Of a stretch of DNA of 64,000 bases, positions 47,232 through 58,277 are shown one piece after another. The stretch is taken from NCBI GenBank assembly GCA_050287085.1, contig JBNKBE010000006.1:10281-74280 (forward strand), in the 5' to 3' direction. The number at the start of each line of letters is the position of its first letter. Within the stretch, counting starts at the first letter, position 1. Position numbers and translations under genes: made by a program. The notes below the pieces were generated by a model, which was given only the letters and a program-made list of their open reading frames with translations, made no database searches and was not told the origin of the DNA. Source of the stretch: Polyangiaceae bacterium. GTDB lineage: Bacteria > Myxococcota_A > Polyangia > Polyangiales > Polyangiaceae.

Positions 47232-48478
47232 CCGTCATCCTCCAGCAAGCGCTCCACAAGCAGCTCGGAAGCTTCGTTCAGATAGGCATCGAGCTGCTCT
47301 GGAGACGAGAGCTCGACCGCACCAGGCCCAGACTTCACCTCGTGGGGCAGCTTGGCCACAAATACCGCAAACTGTTCGAGCAGCTGCGTCTTGCGCGGGT
47401 CGTCGGTGCGCAGCCGAGCGAGCGAACGCACCAACTCCCCTAGCGCGTCCCCGCGCTGCGCCCGCGCCTCAGCGCTCTGTAGCGGTCGCGTTTCAACTCT
47501 GAGGTCTTCGACCCAGACGGAACCCGCCTCACCGCTCAGCGCGCGGAGCTCCTGTAACCAGTGTTCTCGCTCGAAAACCAAACGCGCATGCGCCGCGCTG
47601 CTGCCGGTGGCAATGGCGCGCACGACGAGCGTACGGCCCTCAGCACTGGCGCTCGCGTCGCCGATAGCCCTCGCCAGCTCATCAACGACGGCCTCGGCCG
47701 AAGCCTCGGCGTCCACCACCACACGCAAGCGGATGAAGCGGACCACATCCACTGAGCGGTGCTCCACCCGCTGCACCGCCCCTTCCTCGATGGTGATGAG
47801 CGTCGCCCCTTTCTGACCTTCCTCGCGCACGTGGCGCCCTTGAAGATTACCGCTAAACACAACCCAAGGGGCCTCGCTCAACACCTCCCGCTGATGCACG
47901 TGACCCAGAGCCCAATAGTCGTAGCCCTTTTCCAGCAACTCATCGAGCGTGGTGGGCGCGTAGGTCGCATGTCCCGGCCGCCCAGAAACGCTCGTGTGCA
48001 GCAGTCCGATGTTGACGTAGCTATCCCACCTTTTGGGGTAATGGCGAGCCAGGTTTTCCTGCTCCTCACGATGGCGGTAGCTCTGTCCATGCACCACAAC
48101 GCCAAGGTCCTCGTAGGCACGGCTGGTAGCCTGCTCGTGCGAGAATACGAAGACGTTGTCCGGCAGCCGCAGGTGCTTTTCGATCTGACTGGCTGCGTCG
48201 TGATTGCCCCTCACGGCGACAACCTCGACTCCGGCCTCTTTTAGCACACTCATCTGCTGGGAAAAGAACAAGCCGGTTGAATAGTCACGCCAATCCCCAT
48301 CGAAAAGGTCACCCGCAATCAGCAGGAGTGCGACCTTCTCCGACACGCACAGCGCGACCAGATTCTCCAGGGCTCGCCGGGTCGCACTTCGGATTTCCTC
48401 GACGGGCGCACTCTCATAGCGGTCCAGGCCAGCGAGTGGGCTGTCGATGTGAAGATCTGCGGCGTGAACCACCTTCAT
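47228..48478 (-). CDS. YhaO/SbcD/Mre11-like DNA exonuclease
   Basis: HAADLHID, AGDLFD, GNHD, LLHTS, YWALGHVH. 4-bp overlap with the YhaN gene. Confidence 0.92.
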   Translation of the reverse strand: MKVVHAADLHIDSPLAGLDRYESAPVEEIRSATRRALENLVALCVSEKVALLLIAGDLFDGDWRDYSTGLFFSQQMSVLKEAGVEVVAVRGNHDAASQIEKHLRLPDNVFVFSHEQATSRAYEDLGVVVHGQSYRHREEQENLARHYPKRWDSYVNIGLLHTSVSGRPGHATYAPTTLDELLEKGYDYWALGHVHQREVLSEAPWVVFSGNLQGRHVREEGQKGATLITIEEGAVQRVEHRSVDVVRFIRLRVVVDAEASAEAVVDELARAIGDASASAEGRTLVVRAIATGSSAAHARLVFEREHWLQELRALSGEAGSVWVEDLRVETRPLQSAEARAQRGDALGELVRSLARLRTDDPRKTQLLEQFAVFVAKLPHEVKSGPGAVELSSPEQLDAYLNEASELLVERLLEDDG

Positions 48479-48740
48479 CGTGAGATCCTCACCTTTCGCC
48501 CCTCGAATGTCACCCGCGAACGCGAGTGCACCTTAGGCGCGGCCGGACAAGGTTCTAGAGCCGCGCCGTTCGCGCCTCATTCCGCTGGGGCAGTGGCGCT
48601 AGATCGCGCTAGGCTATCAGCCTACCGGCCGTTTCGGCTCCATCAGGGCGAGCCTCCTGGTGCGAGGTGTTTGGTCGCGGAGTGCATGCTTCTCCGGCAC
48701 GGAGTCGAAATCCCCGACGACTTTGGCTAGGCTAGTCTAA

Positions 48741-49919
48741 ATGAGTAAGGACGTTGCAACGCCACACCCCGCTTCCCCGGGTCCGGATACGTTGCTGACC
48801 ATCGCGTCGCTGGGGCTCTTGGCAGAGCACATCCACCAACCGCTCTTCGCCAAAGACCGTGAGCTTCGCTACGTGCTCGCCAACCACGCGTTCTGCACGC
48901 TGCTCGACTACCCGCGGACGGAATTGCTCGGCCGGCGTCACTCGGAGGTCTTCGCCCGCGGCGCCGAATTGGAAGCCGCCGACAGCAAGGTATTCGAAGA
49001 AGAAGCGCCAACGGCCGAAGCCTTCATCTTCACGGGCCTGGTTGGGGACGGCGAAGAACGCCCTGGAACCCGCATGCCCATCTTGGACGCCCAAGGGCAC
49101 GTGACGCACTTGGTCTGTATTCTCGGACGCGAGGGGGATAAGGCCGCTTCCCCACAACAGCTGGAGCGAGAGCTGGAGCGCTACGCTCAAGAACGCACCA
49201 ACGCTCTGCGCGCAATGCAAGATCAACTGCTACGCAAAGAGCGCCTGATGGTGCTCGGCCAGCTGGCAGCGGGTTTGGCTCACCAGATCAGAAACCCGCT
49301 GGGGGCAATCGCCAACGCCATTGCCCTGGCGCGTCGCCAGATTTCTCCCGATCAGAAAGGCGTCGCGCGCGCCCTGGAAATCGCCAACGAAGAAATCTGG
49401 GAAGCCAACCGCATCATTAGCGATCTTCTAGACTACGCTCGGATCCGCCCGGCGGCACGCACGGACGCTGCCATCGACCAGTTGGTTCGCGATGCGTTGA
49501 CGGTCGAAATGCTGCCTGATCGCGTTTCGATTGCTTTTGATCTGGAGCCAAGCACGGTTTCTGTGGATCACCGGCAGGTGCGAGATGCCCTGCGCAACAT
49601 CATCCGCAACGCTCGTGAGGCCATGGAAGGCAATGGGGCACTCACCTTTACCGGTCGCGTCGTCGGCAAGACCTACGAGCTACTCATCCAAGACAGCGGC
49701 GTAGGGGTACCAGAAGAACACCGGCACCTGCTCTTCGAGCCGCTCGTCAGCAGCAAGCCTCTCGGTATCGGCCTCGGGCTCCCTACCGCACGGGCATTGA
49801 TAATGAATCAAGCAGGCAGCCTCGACTGTATTACCAGTGAGGTTGGAGCCTGCTTTGCGGTAAGACTACCGCGCTTTGCGCCTGAAGAAGACGACAACGA
49901 CAAGGACAACGAATGCTGA
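48741..49919 (+). CDS. Cytoplasmic PAS sensor histidine kinase
   Basis: PAS (FAKDRELRYVLAN), H-box AHQIRNPL, N-box NIIRNA, DSGVG, GIGLGL. Confidence 0.9.
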   Translation: MSKDVATPHPASPGPDTLLTIASLGLLAEHIHQPLFAKDRELRYVLANHAFCTLLDYPRTELLGRRHSEVFARGAELEAADSKVFEEEAPTAEAFIFTGLVGDGEERPGTRMPILDAQGHVTHLVCILGREGDKAASPQQLERELERYAQERTNALRAMQDQLLRKERLMVLGQLAAGLAHQIRNPLGAIANAIALARRQISPDQKGVARALEIANEEIWEANRIISDLLDYARIRPAARTDAAIDQLVRDALTVEMLPDRVSIAFDLEPSTVSVDHRQVRDALRNIIRNAREAMEGNGALTFTGRVVGKTYELLIQDSGVGVPEEHRHLLFEPLVSSKPLGIGLGLPTARALIMNQAGSLDCITSEVGACFAVRLPRFAPEEDDNDKDNEC

Positions 49920-50335
49920 TCGACGACATAAAAGCCCAGATGTTTGCAGCTATGAAGGCGAAGGCAATCGTCAAGAAGGAGATCTTGCGCACCGTCATCG
50001 GGGAGGTCACCGCCACCGGTGAAGACGCCACCGACGAACGCGTCCAAAAGGCAATTCGCAAGATGCTCAAGAGCAATCAGGAGACTCAGAACGCCGTAGT
50101 CGACGAAACGCAGCGGGCGGAGCTGATAGAGGAGGCGGAAATCCTGAACGCGTATTTGCCGAAGGCGCTGAGTGTTCAACAACTGATCACCGAGCTTTCG
50201 CCCGTATGCGACGCCATCCGAGCCGCCAACAATGACGGCCAGGCTACGGGGGTTGCAGTCAAGCACCTCAAGACGACAGGCGCTGAGTTCGACGGCAAAG
50301 ACGTCGCCGCTGCTGTCAAACAGCTTCGTACGTGA
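49913..50335 (+). CDS. GatB/YqeY domain protein
   Basis: IKAQMFAAMKAK...EAEILNAYLPK...DGKDV. Confidence 0.85.
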   Translation: MLIDDIKAQMFAAMKAKAIVKKEILRTVIGEVTATGEDATDERVQKAIRKMLKSNQETQNAVVDETQRAELIEEAEILNAYLPKALSVQQLITELSPVCDAIRAANNDGQATGVAVKHLKTTGAEFDGKDVAAAVKQLRT

Positions 50336-50417
50336 GGGACCGAGAGCCCTAGCCCACCTCCCAATACCGTGCCACGAAGGCAGGGCGTAGCGCCGCAGAC
50401 GGCCAACTCGGGAAAGG

Positions 50418-50669
50418 CTAGGGCTTGGGGTTCCCTGCCCCACTCCTATCGTGCAAAGCGCGAACCAGCGGCGGAACGATGCGCGAGAGCGCCCACAAGA
50501 CAACCAGCGCAATCGCTAGCCACCAGGTTCCACTCCGGAAAGCGGCAAAGATGACGAGCAGTCCAACCCCTGTCCGGACCCACCCGGTCAAGCGTTGCCG
50601 CGCCGGAGCTGCGCCGGCCCGCGACAGCGACAGCAGCAGCCAAACGAAAAGCAGAGCGAGGACTAGCAC
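50418..50669 (-). CDS. Small hypothetical membrane protein
   Basis: 83 aa, three hydrophobic stretches, directly downstream of the metal transporter gene. Confidence 0.5.
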   Translation of the reverse strand: MLVLALLFVWLLLSLSRAGAAPARQRLTGWVRTGVGLLVIFAAFRSGTWWLAIALVVLWALSRIVPPLVRALHDRSGAGNPKP

Positions 50670-50683
50670 CCAATGCCTGGCTC

Positions 50684-51439
50684 TCAGATACCTAGCAGCT
50701 GGATCCCAAGGCCGCTCAGCGCGATGGCAACACCCGCCGACCAGTTGAGGTGCTTCTCAAAACGCTCAAGACGATGGGCTGAACCGGAGAGGGTACCGAG
50801 TCCCCAATGTCCCAGTGCGACCAATGCCAACATGGTCACAAGGGTTGCACCCGAAAACGCTGCCGCGATAAGCAGGGCGCTGGCCCAGTCTCCCCCCAGA
50901 CTCTCGGCGAACATCAGCGGGATCAGCGCCTCACACGGCCCCAGCAGGAAGATGACAAAGAGGGCCGGGACGAGCCGCCCGCCGCCAAGCCGAGCGATGC
51001 TCCGGGTTGCGCCGTGCCGATGCTGATGCACGACCCGCTCCGTCGGTCGTGGATGGTCATGTCCGTGTGAGTGGATTGTACCGTCCACATGCACGTGCAC
51101 ATGTTGGTGATCGCCGCGATCCATCCGGAGCCAGCCAAACACCGCGTAGACGACTCCAAAAGCTATCAGCAGCCACGCAGCCAAACTGCCGCGCGTCGCC
51201 TCTACCTCAGCTAGACGCCCCAAGGTGGCCCCGAATACCCAGCCCAAGTAGCCAATAGCCACCGATGATAGGACATGGCCAACGCCGCACACCGCCGTCA
51301 CCGACAGCGTCCACCCGAGCGACCACCGCCTAGCTCGACCCAAGGCGACGAAGGGCAATGTATGATCGACACCGATTGCCGTGTGGCCGACGCCCAAGGT
51401 CAGGGCCGTGATGAGCAGGACAGAAAACTCAGGGGTCAT
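50684..51439 (-). CDS. His-rich nickel/cobalt transporter-like membrane protein (NiCoT/RcnA/UreH-like)
   Basis: GHTAIGVDH, GHVLSS, His-rich loop HQHVHVH...HSHGHDH, GPCEALIP, about 6 TM. Confidence 0.75.
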   Translation of the reverse strand: MTPEFSVLLITALTLGVGHTAIGVDHTLPFVALGRARRWSLGWTLSVTAVCGVGHVLSSVAIGYLGWVFGATLGRLAEVEATRGSLAAWLLIAFGVVYAVFGWLRMDRGDHQHVHVHVDGTIHSHGHDHPRPTERVVHQHRHGATRSIARLGGGRLVPALFVIFLLGPCEALIPLMFAESLGGDWASALLIAAAFSGATLVTMLALVALGHWGLGTLSGSAHRLERFEKHLNWSAGVAIALSGLGIQLLGI

Positions 51440-51528
51440 GGGGGTGCTTCTTGGTTAGGGCCACGCTGCGTCCGACAAAGCGTCTGGAGTGCAAGCATGT
51501 CCTACCGCGCGCGGATGTCGAGAAGGTG

Positions 51529-54186
51529 TCAAGCCTCGGCCACGAGGTCATAGAGTGACTCGAGTGCCGCGTCCAGCTCAGCGACCTGACTACCACCCGC
51601 TTGCGCCATATCCGGTCTCCCGCCACCACTTCCGCCCAAACGCTCCGCGATAGGACGGATCAGTTTCCCCGCCGCATAACGCTTGGTCAGAGATTTTGAA
51701 ACGGTGAGCACCAGCTGCGCTTTGTCGCCTTCGACCGAACCGACCAGGACTATGGCATCCCCCAGCCGGTCCCGCAGCTGCTCGGCCTGTTGCCGTAACA
51801 ACGCGCGGTCCGTGACATCCGAGCGGACGCTGAGGACCGAAACATCCCCAACCTGCCGCGCTTGCTGCGAAGCCTCCGAGGCGCCTGCCCCTCCTGTGGC
51901 CAACTTATGCGACAGCTCAGCTACCTGCTTGCTCAGCTGGCGCTCCGTCGCCAGCATCTTGTCGAGCTTCTGTGGTAGCTCTAGGGCTGTTGATTTTGCG
52001 AGCGCTGCCGCCCGCTGCAGCGCCTGCTCGACCTGTCGCAGATGCAGAAACGCGCCCCGTCCGGTAACTGCGGTAATACGACGAACGCCCGCTGCAACCC
52101 CCTGCTCAGACAGGACTTTGAGCAGTCCAATATCCCCGGTTCTGCGCGCGTGCGTACCTCCGCATAGCTCCACCGACTCGGCCATCGACAAGACGCGCAC
52201 GCGAGCCCCGTACTTCTCGCCAAAGAGCATCATGGCCCCGCGACCTTTGGCCTCGTCGATCGACAGTTCCTCTGTCTGCACCGGAGCGTTGAGCAGGATA
52301 CGCTCGTTGACCAGGTCTTCAATCCGCTCCAGCTGCTCCGGCGTGACCGGCTGACCGTGGGTGAAATCAAATCGCAGGCGCTCAGGATCGACCCAAGAGC
52401 CCTTCTGCTGAGCATGCTCGCCCAGCACTTGGCGCAGACTCCAGTGCAATAGGTGGGTCGCGGAGTGGTTTCGAGCAATCGCGCGGCGGCGTGACTCGTC
52501 GACGGAGAGCCGGCAGTTCTCCCCGACCACCAGCGTCCCCCGCTCGATGCGACAACGATGGACGCTCAGCCCTTCGAGGGGCCGTACCGTATCCGATACG
52601 AAAGCCTCTCCAGAGGCGCTGGTGATCGTGCCCGTATCGCCCACCTGCCCGCCCGCTTGGGCATAGAACGGAGTACGCGCAAAAACGAGCTCTGCCTGCT
52701 GCCCGGCGGAAACGCTCTTGACCGCCGCCCCGTCCACGATCGCAAACGCCAGACAGACCTCGTCTTGACCGCGCTCATAGCCGACAAAAGCGGTCGCCGA
52801 AGCCAGCGCCTCGCGAGCCTCGCGGTACACATCCAGCACCGCCTGTTCCACCCCCCGAAAGCGGGTGCGGTCGCGCGCCGCTTGCAGCTCAGCCTCGTAG
52901 CCCGCGCTGTCGACGACCAGACCGCGCTCAGCGCAGATGACCTCGGTCAGGTCGAGTGGAAAGCCGTAAGTGTCGTATAGCTTGAAGGCGTCTTGGCCCG
53001 AAAGCAGTCGTTGGCCCTCGGCCTCGAGCGCGGCAAAGCGGTCTTCGAGCAGCGACAAACCGCGCTCGATAGTGCGACGAAAGCGCACTTCCTCCTGCTC
53101 GCAGACCGCCGCAATGTGCGCTGTCTTCTCGCGCAGCTCGGGATACTGATCCCCCATCAGCTCGGTGACCCGCAGCGCCACACGATGAAGAAAAGGCCGC
53201 TCGATCCCGAGACGGTGGCCGTGGCGGATCGCCCGGCGCATCACCCGGCGCAGCACGTACTCGCGGCCGTTTGCATCCGGCATCACTCCCTCAGCGAGCA
53301 AGAAGGCTGCTAGCCGCGAATGATCGGCGATCACGCGCAAGCTCACATCGTCGTCGTTCATGCTACCGCTGTAGCTCTTGCCTGCGATATCCGCCGCCGT
53401 CTCCACGAGCCCGCGGAGCACGTCCGTGTCGTAGTTGGAGGTCTTGCCCTGCAACACCGCAACGATCCGCTCGAGCCCCATCCCGGTGTCGATGCTGGGA
53501 GCTGGGAGCAAACTGAGCTCACCGGACGGCGCACGATCGAACTGCATGAACACGAGATTCCAGATCTCGACCCAGCCGTAGCCCTCCGCCGTCTGCTCCT
53601 CGCCAAACAGCCGCACGTCCGGCTCCGGCCCTTGAAAATAGTGGATCTCGCTGCACGGTCCACAGGGCCCGGTGTCTCCCATGGACCAGAAATTGTCGGC
53701 CGCGCCGCAACCGATGATGCGCTCATCGGGCAAACCGCTGACCCGCTTCCAAATCGCACGCGCCTCCTCGTCCGCTGCGACGCCATCCTCCCCTTTGAAG
53801 TAGGTGACGCACAAGCGCTCCTCGGGCAGCCCTAGCTCCTGGATGAACCCCCAAGCAAGCTCGATCGCTCGCTCCTTGAAGTAGTCACCGAAGCTGAAGT
53901 TACCCAGCATCTCGAAGAAGGTATGATGTCGCGGAGATGGCCCTACATTCTCAAGATCATTATGCTTTCCAGAAATGCGAATGCACTTCTGGCTGCTCGC
54001 TGCGCGCTGGTAGTCCCGCGTCTCCTTGCCCGTGAAGACGTCTTTGAACTGAACCATTCCGGCGTTGGCGAACATGAGCGTCGGATCGTTGGGAGCTATG
54101 ACCGGCCCACTGGCGACGACCTCGTGGCCGTTGCGTTGAAAGTAAGCCAGAAAAGCGGAACGAACTCGGTCGGTAGTCCAGGACAT
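51529..54186 (-). CDS. alaS: Alanine--tRNA ligase
   Basis: FANAGMVQFK, HHTFFEMLGNFSFGDYFK, NHSATHLLH, ELCGGTH, GGGRPDMAQAG. Confidence 0.98.
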   Translation of the reverse strand: MSWTTDRVRSAFLAYFQRNGHEVVASGPVIAPNDPTLMFANAGMVQFKDVFTGKETRDYQRAASSQKCIRISGKHNDLENVGPSPRHHTFFEMLGNFSFGDYFKERAIELAWGFIQELGLPEERLCVTYFKGEDGVAADEEARAIWKRVSGLPDERIIGCGAADNFWSMGDTGPCGPCSEIHYFQGPEPDVRLFGEEQTAEGYGWVEIWNLVFMQFDRAPSGELSLLPAPSIDTGMGLERIVAVLQGKTSNYDTDVLRGLVETAADIAGKSYSGSMNDDDVSLRVIADHSRLAAFLLAEGVMPDANGREYVLRRVMRRAIRHGHRLGIERPFLHRVALRVTELMGDQYPELREKTAHIAAVCEQEEVRFRRTIERGLSLLEDRFAALEAEGQRLLSGQDAFKLYDTYGFPLDLTEVICAERGLVVDSAGYEAELQAARDRTRFRGVEQAVLDVYREAREALASATAFVGYERGQDEVCLAFAIVDGAAVKSVSAGQQAELVFARTPFYAQAGGQVGDTGTITSASGEAFVSDTVRPLEGLSVHRCRIERGTLVVGENCRLSVDESRRRAIARNHSATHLLHWSLRQVLGEHAQQKGSWVDPERLRFDFTHGQPVTPEQLERIEDLVNERILLNAPVQTEELSIDEAKGRGAMMLFGEKYGARVRVLSMAESVELCGGTHARRTGDIGLLKVLSEQGVAAGVRRITAVTGRGAFLHLRQVEQALQRAAALAKSTALELPQKLDKMLATERQLSKQVAELSHKLATGGAGASEASQQARQVGDVSVLSVRSDVTDRALLRQQAEQLRDRLGDAIVLVGSVEGDKAQLVLTVSKSLTKRYAAGKLIRPIAERLGGSGGGRPDMAQAGGSQVAELDAALESLYDLVAEA

Positions 54187-54334
54187 GTCGGAGGCGCTTT
54201 GCCTAGCACAGTTGCCCACGCAGATGCGCGGCGCAAATGCCCGGTTTGGCCCCCGAGAACACGCTCTACGCTGGGCCTCGAACGGCCCCCACGAGAGAGC
54301 GTCACGACGTGCGCTAGCAAGCTGTCAGAGGGCC

Positions 54335-56281
54335 ATGGCACGCCGCTCCGGCCCTCCGGCCCCAGTGCGCGCAGGGGCCGCCGCTCCCGAAACGTCTGGA
54401 CGGATCTCACCCGGGGGGCGAACTTTCGCCTCTGTGAGCACGGTTGCGCTAGCTGCCCCCAAAGGCGAGCCCGTCGAAGAGCGGCTGCGCCTTTCGCGTG
54501 AGGCTGAGCTCATTCTGACCCCTGACGCTCTGCGGCTGCTGCAGCGAGGTCAAAGCCCACGCGACTTTCCGCTGCTCCCGAGCGCGCTACTGCAGTTGCG
54601 GCGCGCGCGCTGGGGAGCGCGCCTCGAGATCGGAGCGGAAGTCTTTCGACTATCGCGGCGGCAGACGGCCCGCGCGGAACGCCTGCTGGCCATAGCCCGC
54701 CTGCGCGCACAGGCTCGGGCCACGCTCCCTCCTCGGGCTTTGCCATCGATCGCCTCGGACAATCTGGCGCAAGCCGCTCTCTGCGCGGTGTTGCAGCCGC
54801 AAGAAGTGGCCGTGGTGTTTGGACGCCTGCGCGGTCGTGAGGCGCGTGGCCTTCGGCGCTACCTGCTGCTCAGCGACCAACGGATCGCATGCGTCGGGGT
54901 TCGAAGCAGTGGGACCCTGCGCCCAGCCGAGCCTTGGACGTGGACGGAACGTGCCTCGTGGACGCCGCAGCTTCCTGCATCATTGCGTTGGCTGGCCACG
55001 CTGGAAGCCAGGTCACCGCGTGAGCTGTGTGAGGCTTGTCTGGCCACCGAGCTCCAGCAACTCGGCCCGCCTCCGGCCCTGACGGTAGCCCTGCCCGGCA
55101 CCCAGATCCCCCCCCCTCTGATACCCCGCCTCGCCATCGCCGAGTGCCGGCTCGATCTCTATCGCTCTGCGCCGTCCGAACGTCCTTCAGCCCCTCCCAG
55201 CGAGGTGGCGGAAGCCTGGCTGCAATGCGCAAGGCTCCAACCTCTCGAGCCACGCTGGCTGCTGCATCTGGGCGACGCGCACCCCGATCCGGCTTTGCGC
55301 CGGAGAGCGAAGCGCGCCCACTCGCTCTTATGTCAGTCACTGGCGACAAGCGTCTCGGACTCAGACCCCCCGCTCCGCTCCCCCTCTCCCCTATCAGGCG
55401 AAGAACTCCAATCGCTGCTGCACTCCGAACCGGCGAAGGCCACGGCCCAGCGCGTTGGAGAATGGATCGCGCGGCAATGGACGCCGGAGCTTGATACCCT
55501 GAGGCAATTCTGCGAGCGGGCGCGAGACCGCGACGCACCCCTGCTGCGCGCCGTCGATCGCGCGGCAACGTTGCTAGGACTCGGCCACGTCGAAGTATTC
55601 ATCTCGCGCGGCAACCACGACGTTGGCATCCGCGCACTCGCAACCAAGCCGCCTAGCCTTCTGGTTGGTGGTGAACACCTAGCAAACGGCAGCCGCTACT
55701 TCTTACGACCCCGCGAATTGGCCTTCGCAGTCGGGGCAGAACTAGCGCAGGGCCGTCTGGGCAATCGTCGCGTCGGGCCGCGGGACTTATTGCGGGGCTC
55801 CTTGTCCAAGAGCAAGCTCGGCTTGGACCTCGCACTCTCGGTGATCCCCGTCCTGAGCGGCCTGCGTCTTGCGAACAAGGTTGGAGTGATGACCGCCAAG
55901 CTCGCGGTCCCTGAAGTCCTCCGCACGCTTGAGGCCGCGCGGCGCGTGCCGCAGCAATTCGCTGACGGCGACCGCCCTCGCTCCGAGCTGTCGGTGCCCA
56001 ACGAAACGCTCGTCGGCGGCGGTCATGCGCTGCAGTGGGGCGCTGATAGAGCGGGGCTTGTGTTGTGCGAAGGTCTGGAGGCAGCCGTGCTTGCGATCAT
56101 GAAGACCCGCAACGCCTACGTCCGCGCGTCCGTCGACCTCGACGACGGTGGGCTGCTTCAAGCCCTGAAGCGACAATCACCTGGTAGCCGCGCCGCATTC
56201 GCCGACCTGGAGCAACGCGTGGCTCTGTTGATCTCCTTCTATCTCTCGGAGCAATACGCGCGCCTGGTTGAGTCCGCCTGA
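54335..56281 (+). CDS. Hypothetical protein with C-terminal degenerate M48 peptidase-like domain
   Basis: ELAFAVGAELAQ and ADRAGLVLC resemble M48 ELxFxxGHELGH and ADRAGL. Start uncertain (54335 or 54434). Confidence 0.55.
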   Translation: MARRSGPPAPVRAGAAAPETSGRISPGGRTFASVSTVALAAPKGEPVEERLRLSREAELILTPDALRLLQRGQSPRDFPLLPSALLQLRRARWGARLEIGAEVFRLSRRQTARAERLLAIARLRAQARATLPPRALPSIASDNLAQAALCAVLQPQEVAVVFGRLRGREARGLRRYLLLSDQRIACVGVRSSGTLRPAEPWTWTERASWTPQLPASLRWLATLEARSPRELCEACLATELQQLGPPPALTVALPGTQIPPPLIPRLAIAECRLDLYRSAPSERPSAPPSEVAEAWLQCARLQPLEPRWLLHLGDAHPDPALRRRAKRAHSLLCQSLATSVSDSDPPLRSPSPLSGEELQSLLHSEPAKATAQRVGEWIARQWTPELDTLRQFCERARDRDAPLLRAVDRAATLLGLGHVEVFISRGNHDVGIRALATKPPSLLVGGEHLANGSRYFLRPRELAFAVGAELAQGRLGNRRVGPRDLLRGSLSKSKLGLDLALSVIPVLSGLRLANKVGVMTAKLAVPEVLRTLEAARRVPQQFADGDRPRSELSVPNETLVGGGHALQWGADRAGLVLCEGLEAAVLAIMKTRNAYVRASVDLDDGGLLQALKRQSPGSRAAFADLEQRVALLISFYLSEQYARLVESA

Positions 56282-56312
56282 GCCCAAACCACCGGCGCCG
56301 CCAGCGTGCCCG

Positions 56313-58130
56313 CTACTGAAATAGGTTTGGTGGACTGCGACCCGCTGCGGCGGAACGAGCGGCCTCGACGGCTTCGGCTTCAAAGACACAGTCCGTCTCT
56401 GCCACTCGCTCGAGCAGCGTCTCAGCACGCGCGTCGGCGCTGATCGCGGCCCCTACTAGCAGTCGCTGATACTCGGCACAGGTCGTTGCGCTGCGCCACT
56501 GAAGCAAGAATTTCAGGGCCGGTGAGGCATGGGCAATGACCGCAGGCTCGTGCAGCCACTGCCGCGCTTCCAGCGTAAGCGGCGTTACCGCTTTTGTTCG
56601 TACCCACACGAAGTAGATGAGGTCGGCCCCAAAAGCGCCGAGATAGCGGGCTGCGATGCGCAGGGCTGTCGAGGCGATATCTGGCTGCAAAGTGGCCCGC
56701 GAGACCTCCTTTTGAAGGGCCGTGTCGAGCCCCAAGGTAGCGTCGCCCTCGAGCGCACGCTCGTAGGCCACAAGCGCCTTGGCCGTGTTTTGCTGCTCGC
56801 TGTAGACGCGCGCCAACGCGAGCCATTCGCGAACGCCACGCGCGCTCGCGTCTTGTCGCTCGAGCTTGCGCGCAGCGTCGAGATCCCCCGCCAGCGCCCG
56901 GGCCAAGTGTCGCCCCAAGGAACTGGGCTGGGCCCCAGCGTCCTGCGCCGAGACCACCGTCGAAGAAGCCTGCATGCGTTCACGCGGCTCCGGCGCGATG
57001 GCAAGCAACACCCACAACACCCAGGACGCAGCGGCGAGCACCGAGACCAGCGCGGCCAAGCGCCAGAACGGAATGCGATGCCCGAGAAGGGGAATGCGCG
57101 CGCCAACCAGGCTGCCGTCCAGGCGCTGCCCCAGGGTGCTCGGCCCAGGGGACTCGCTCACCGGCCACCGCTGCTCGAGCGGTAGCCCATCGAGACACGC
57201 CGACAACACCTGGCGCACCTCCCCCGCGGTGGCCGGCCGCAGCTCGGGAGCCTTTGCCAGCAAACGAGACACTACTGCTCGCAAGGGCGCTGGCAACGAC
57301 TCCGGCAACGGCGGAGGCTCAGCCGATACCTGCAGCATCAGAGTCGCCTGCACCGTATCGCCGTGAAAAGGGGGACGCCCCGCCAACATGCGGTAGAGCA
57401 CCACCCCCAGCGAGTACAGATCGCTGCGCACATCAGCGCCTTCTCCTGTCGCCTGCTCCGGCGCCATATACTCCGGTGTGCCGAGCACAGTTCCGGTCTG
57501 CGTGATGGCGTGTAACTCCTCCGAGCTCGCTCCAGGCCACAACTTCGCAATCCCGAAGTCGAGAACCTTGACCAGCAGCTCACCGTCGCCCTCGCGCAGC
57601 ACCATGACGTTGTCTGGCTTCAGATCGCGATGGATGACTCCCTCGGCGTGGGCCGCCTCCAGCGCCGCCGCAATCTGAATGGCCACGACCAGCGCCTGGG
57701 CAAGCGGCCAACGGCGCCCTCTGTCGAGCACTGCGGTGAGGGTCTCGCCCGCGACGTACTCGAGCACAAGGTAGTAGGCACCGTCCTCGATGCGCCCAAA
57801 GTCCAGGGCCGCAACGACGTTTCGATGAGAGATGCGGCCTGCCGCGATCGCTTCCCGCTCGAACCGACTCCTCACCGACGCCACCGCGGTCAGCTCCTGA
57901 TGCAGCAGTTTGAGCGCCACCCACTTGCGCATGTGGACATGGCGGGCCTTGTAGACGACCCCCATGGCGCCGACCCCGAGCAGCGCCACGAGCTCGTAAC
58001 GCTCAGCCACCGTCTGACCGAGCCGGGACAGCTCCTCGCTCAGTGGCTCCGATGCCGCCGCAGGCGAGCGCGCGTCGTCGCCCGCGGCGTCCCGGGGCGA
58101 GGACTGTTCGGGATTGGACGCATCTGTCAC
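56313..58130 (-). CDS. Transmembrane Ser/Thr protein kinase with C-terminal helical/TPR-like domain
   Basis: [37 protein letters not shown], one TM helix. Confidence 0.95.
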   Translation of the reverse strand: MTDASNPEQSSPRDAAGDDARSPAAASEPLSEELSRLGQTVAERYELVALLGVGAMGVVYKARHVHMRKWVALKLLHQELTAVASVRSRFEREAIAAGRISHRNVVAALDFGRIEDGAYYLVLEYVAGETLTAVLDRGRRWPLAQALVVAIQIAAALEAAHAEGVIHRDLKPDNVMVLREGDGELLVKVLDFGIAKLWPGASSEELHAITQTGTVLGTPEYMAPEQATGEGADVRSDLYSLGVVLYRMLAGRPPFHGDTVQATLMLQVSAEPPPLPESLPAPLRAVVSRLLAKAPELRPATAGEVRQVLSACLDGLPLEQRWPVSESPGPSTLGQRLDGSLVGARIPLLGHRIPFWRLAALVSVLAAASWVLWVLLAIAPEPRERMQASSTVVSAQDAGAQPSSLGRHLARALAGDLDAARKLERQDASARGVREWLALARVYSEQQNTAKALVAYERALEGDATLGLDTALQKEVSRATLQPDIASTALRIAARYLGAFGADLIYFVWVRTKAVTPLTLEARQWLHEPAVIAHASPALKFLLQWRSATTCAEYQRLLVGAAISADARAETLLERVAETDCVFEAEAVEAARSAAAGRSPPNLFQ

Positions 58131-58277
58131 GGCAACTGTCCGTGTAACGACGATTGGTCCCTACTGGAACCCCAAGCCTTTGGCTCGCAGGCCAAAGCAC
58201 GTCATTTCTGAGTTTCCACACTCGCCAACGCTCAAGCCATCCGAAACGCGAGCCGTACGGGGGGAGGAAGGCGACAG

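Noticed and set aside
43737..48478. Wadjet or Lamassu-type SMC defence system
   Set aside because: Motifs fit YhaN/YhaO. No kleisin/KITE or effector partner genes are present.
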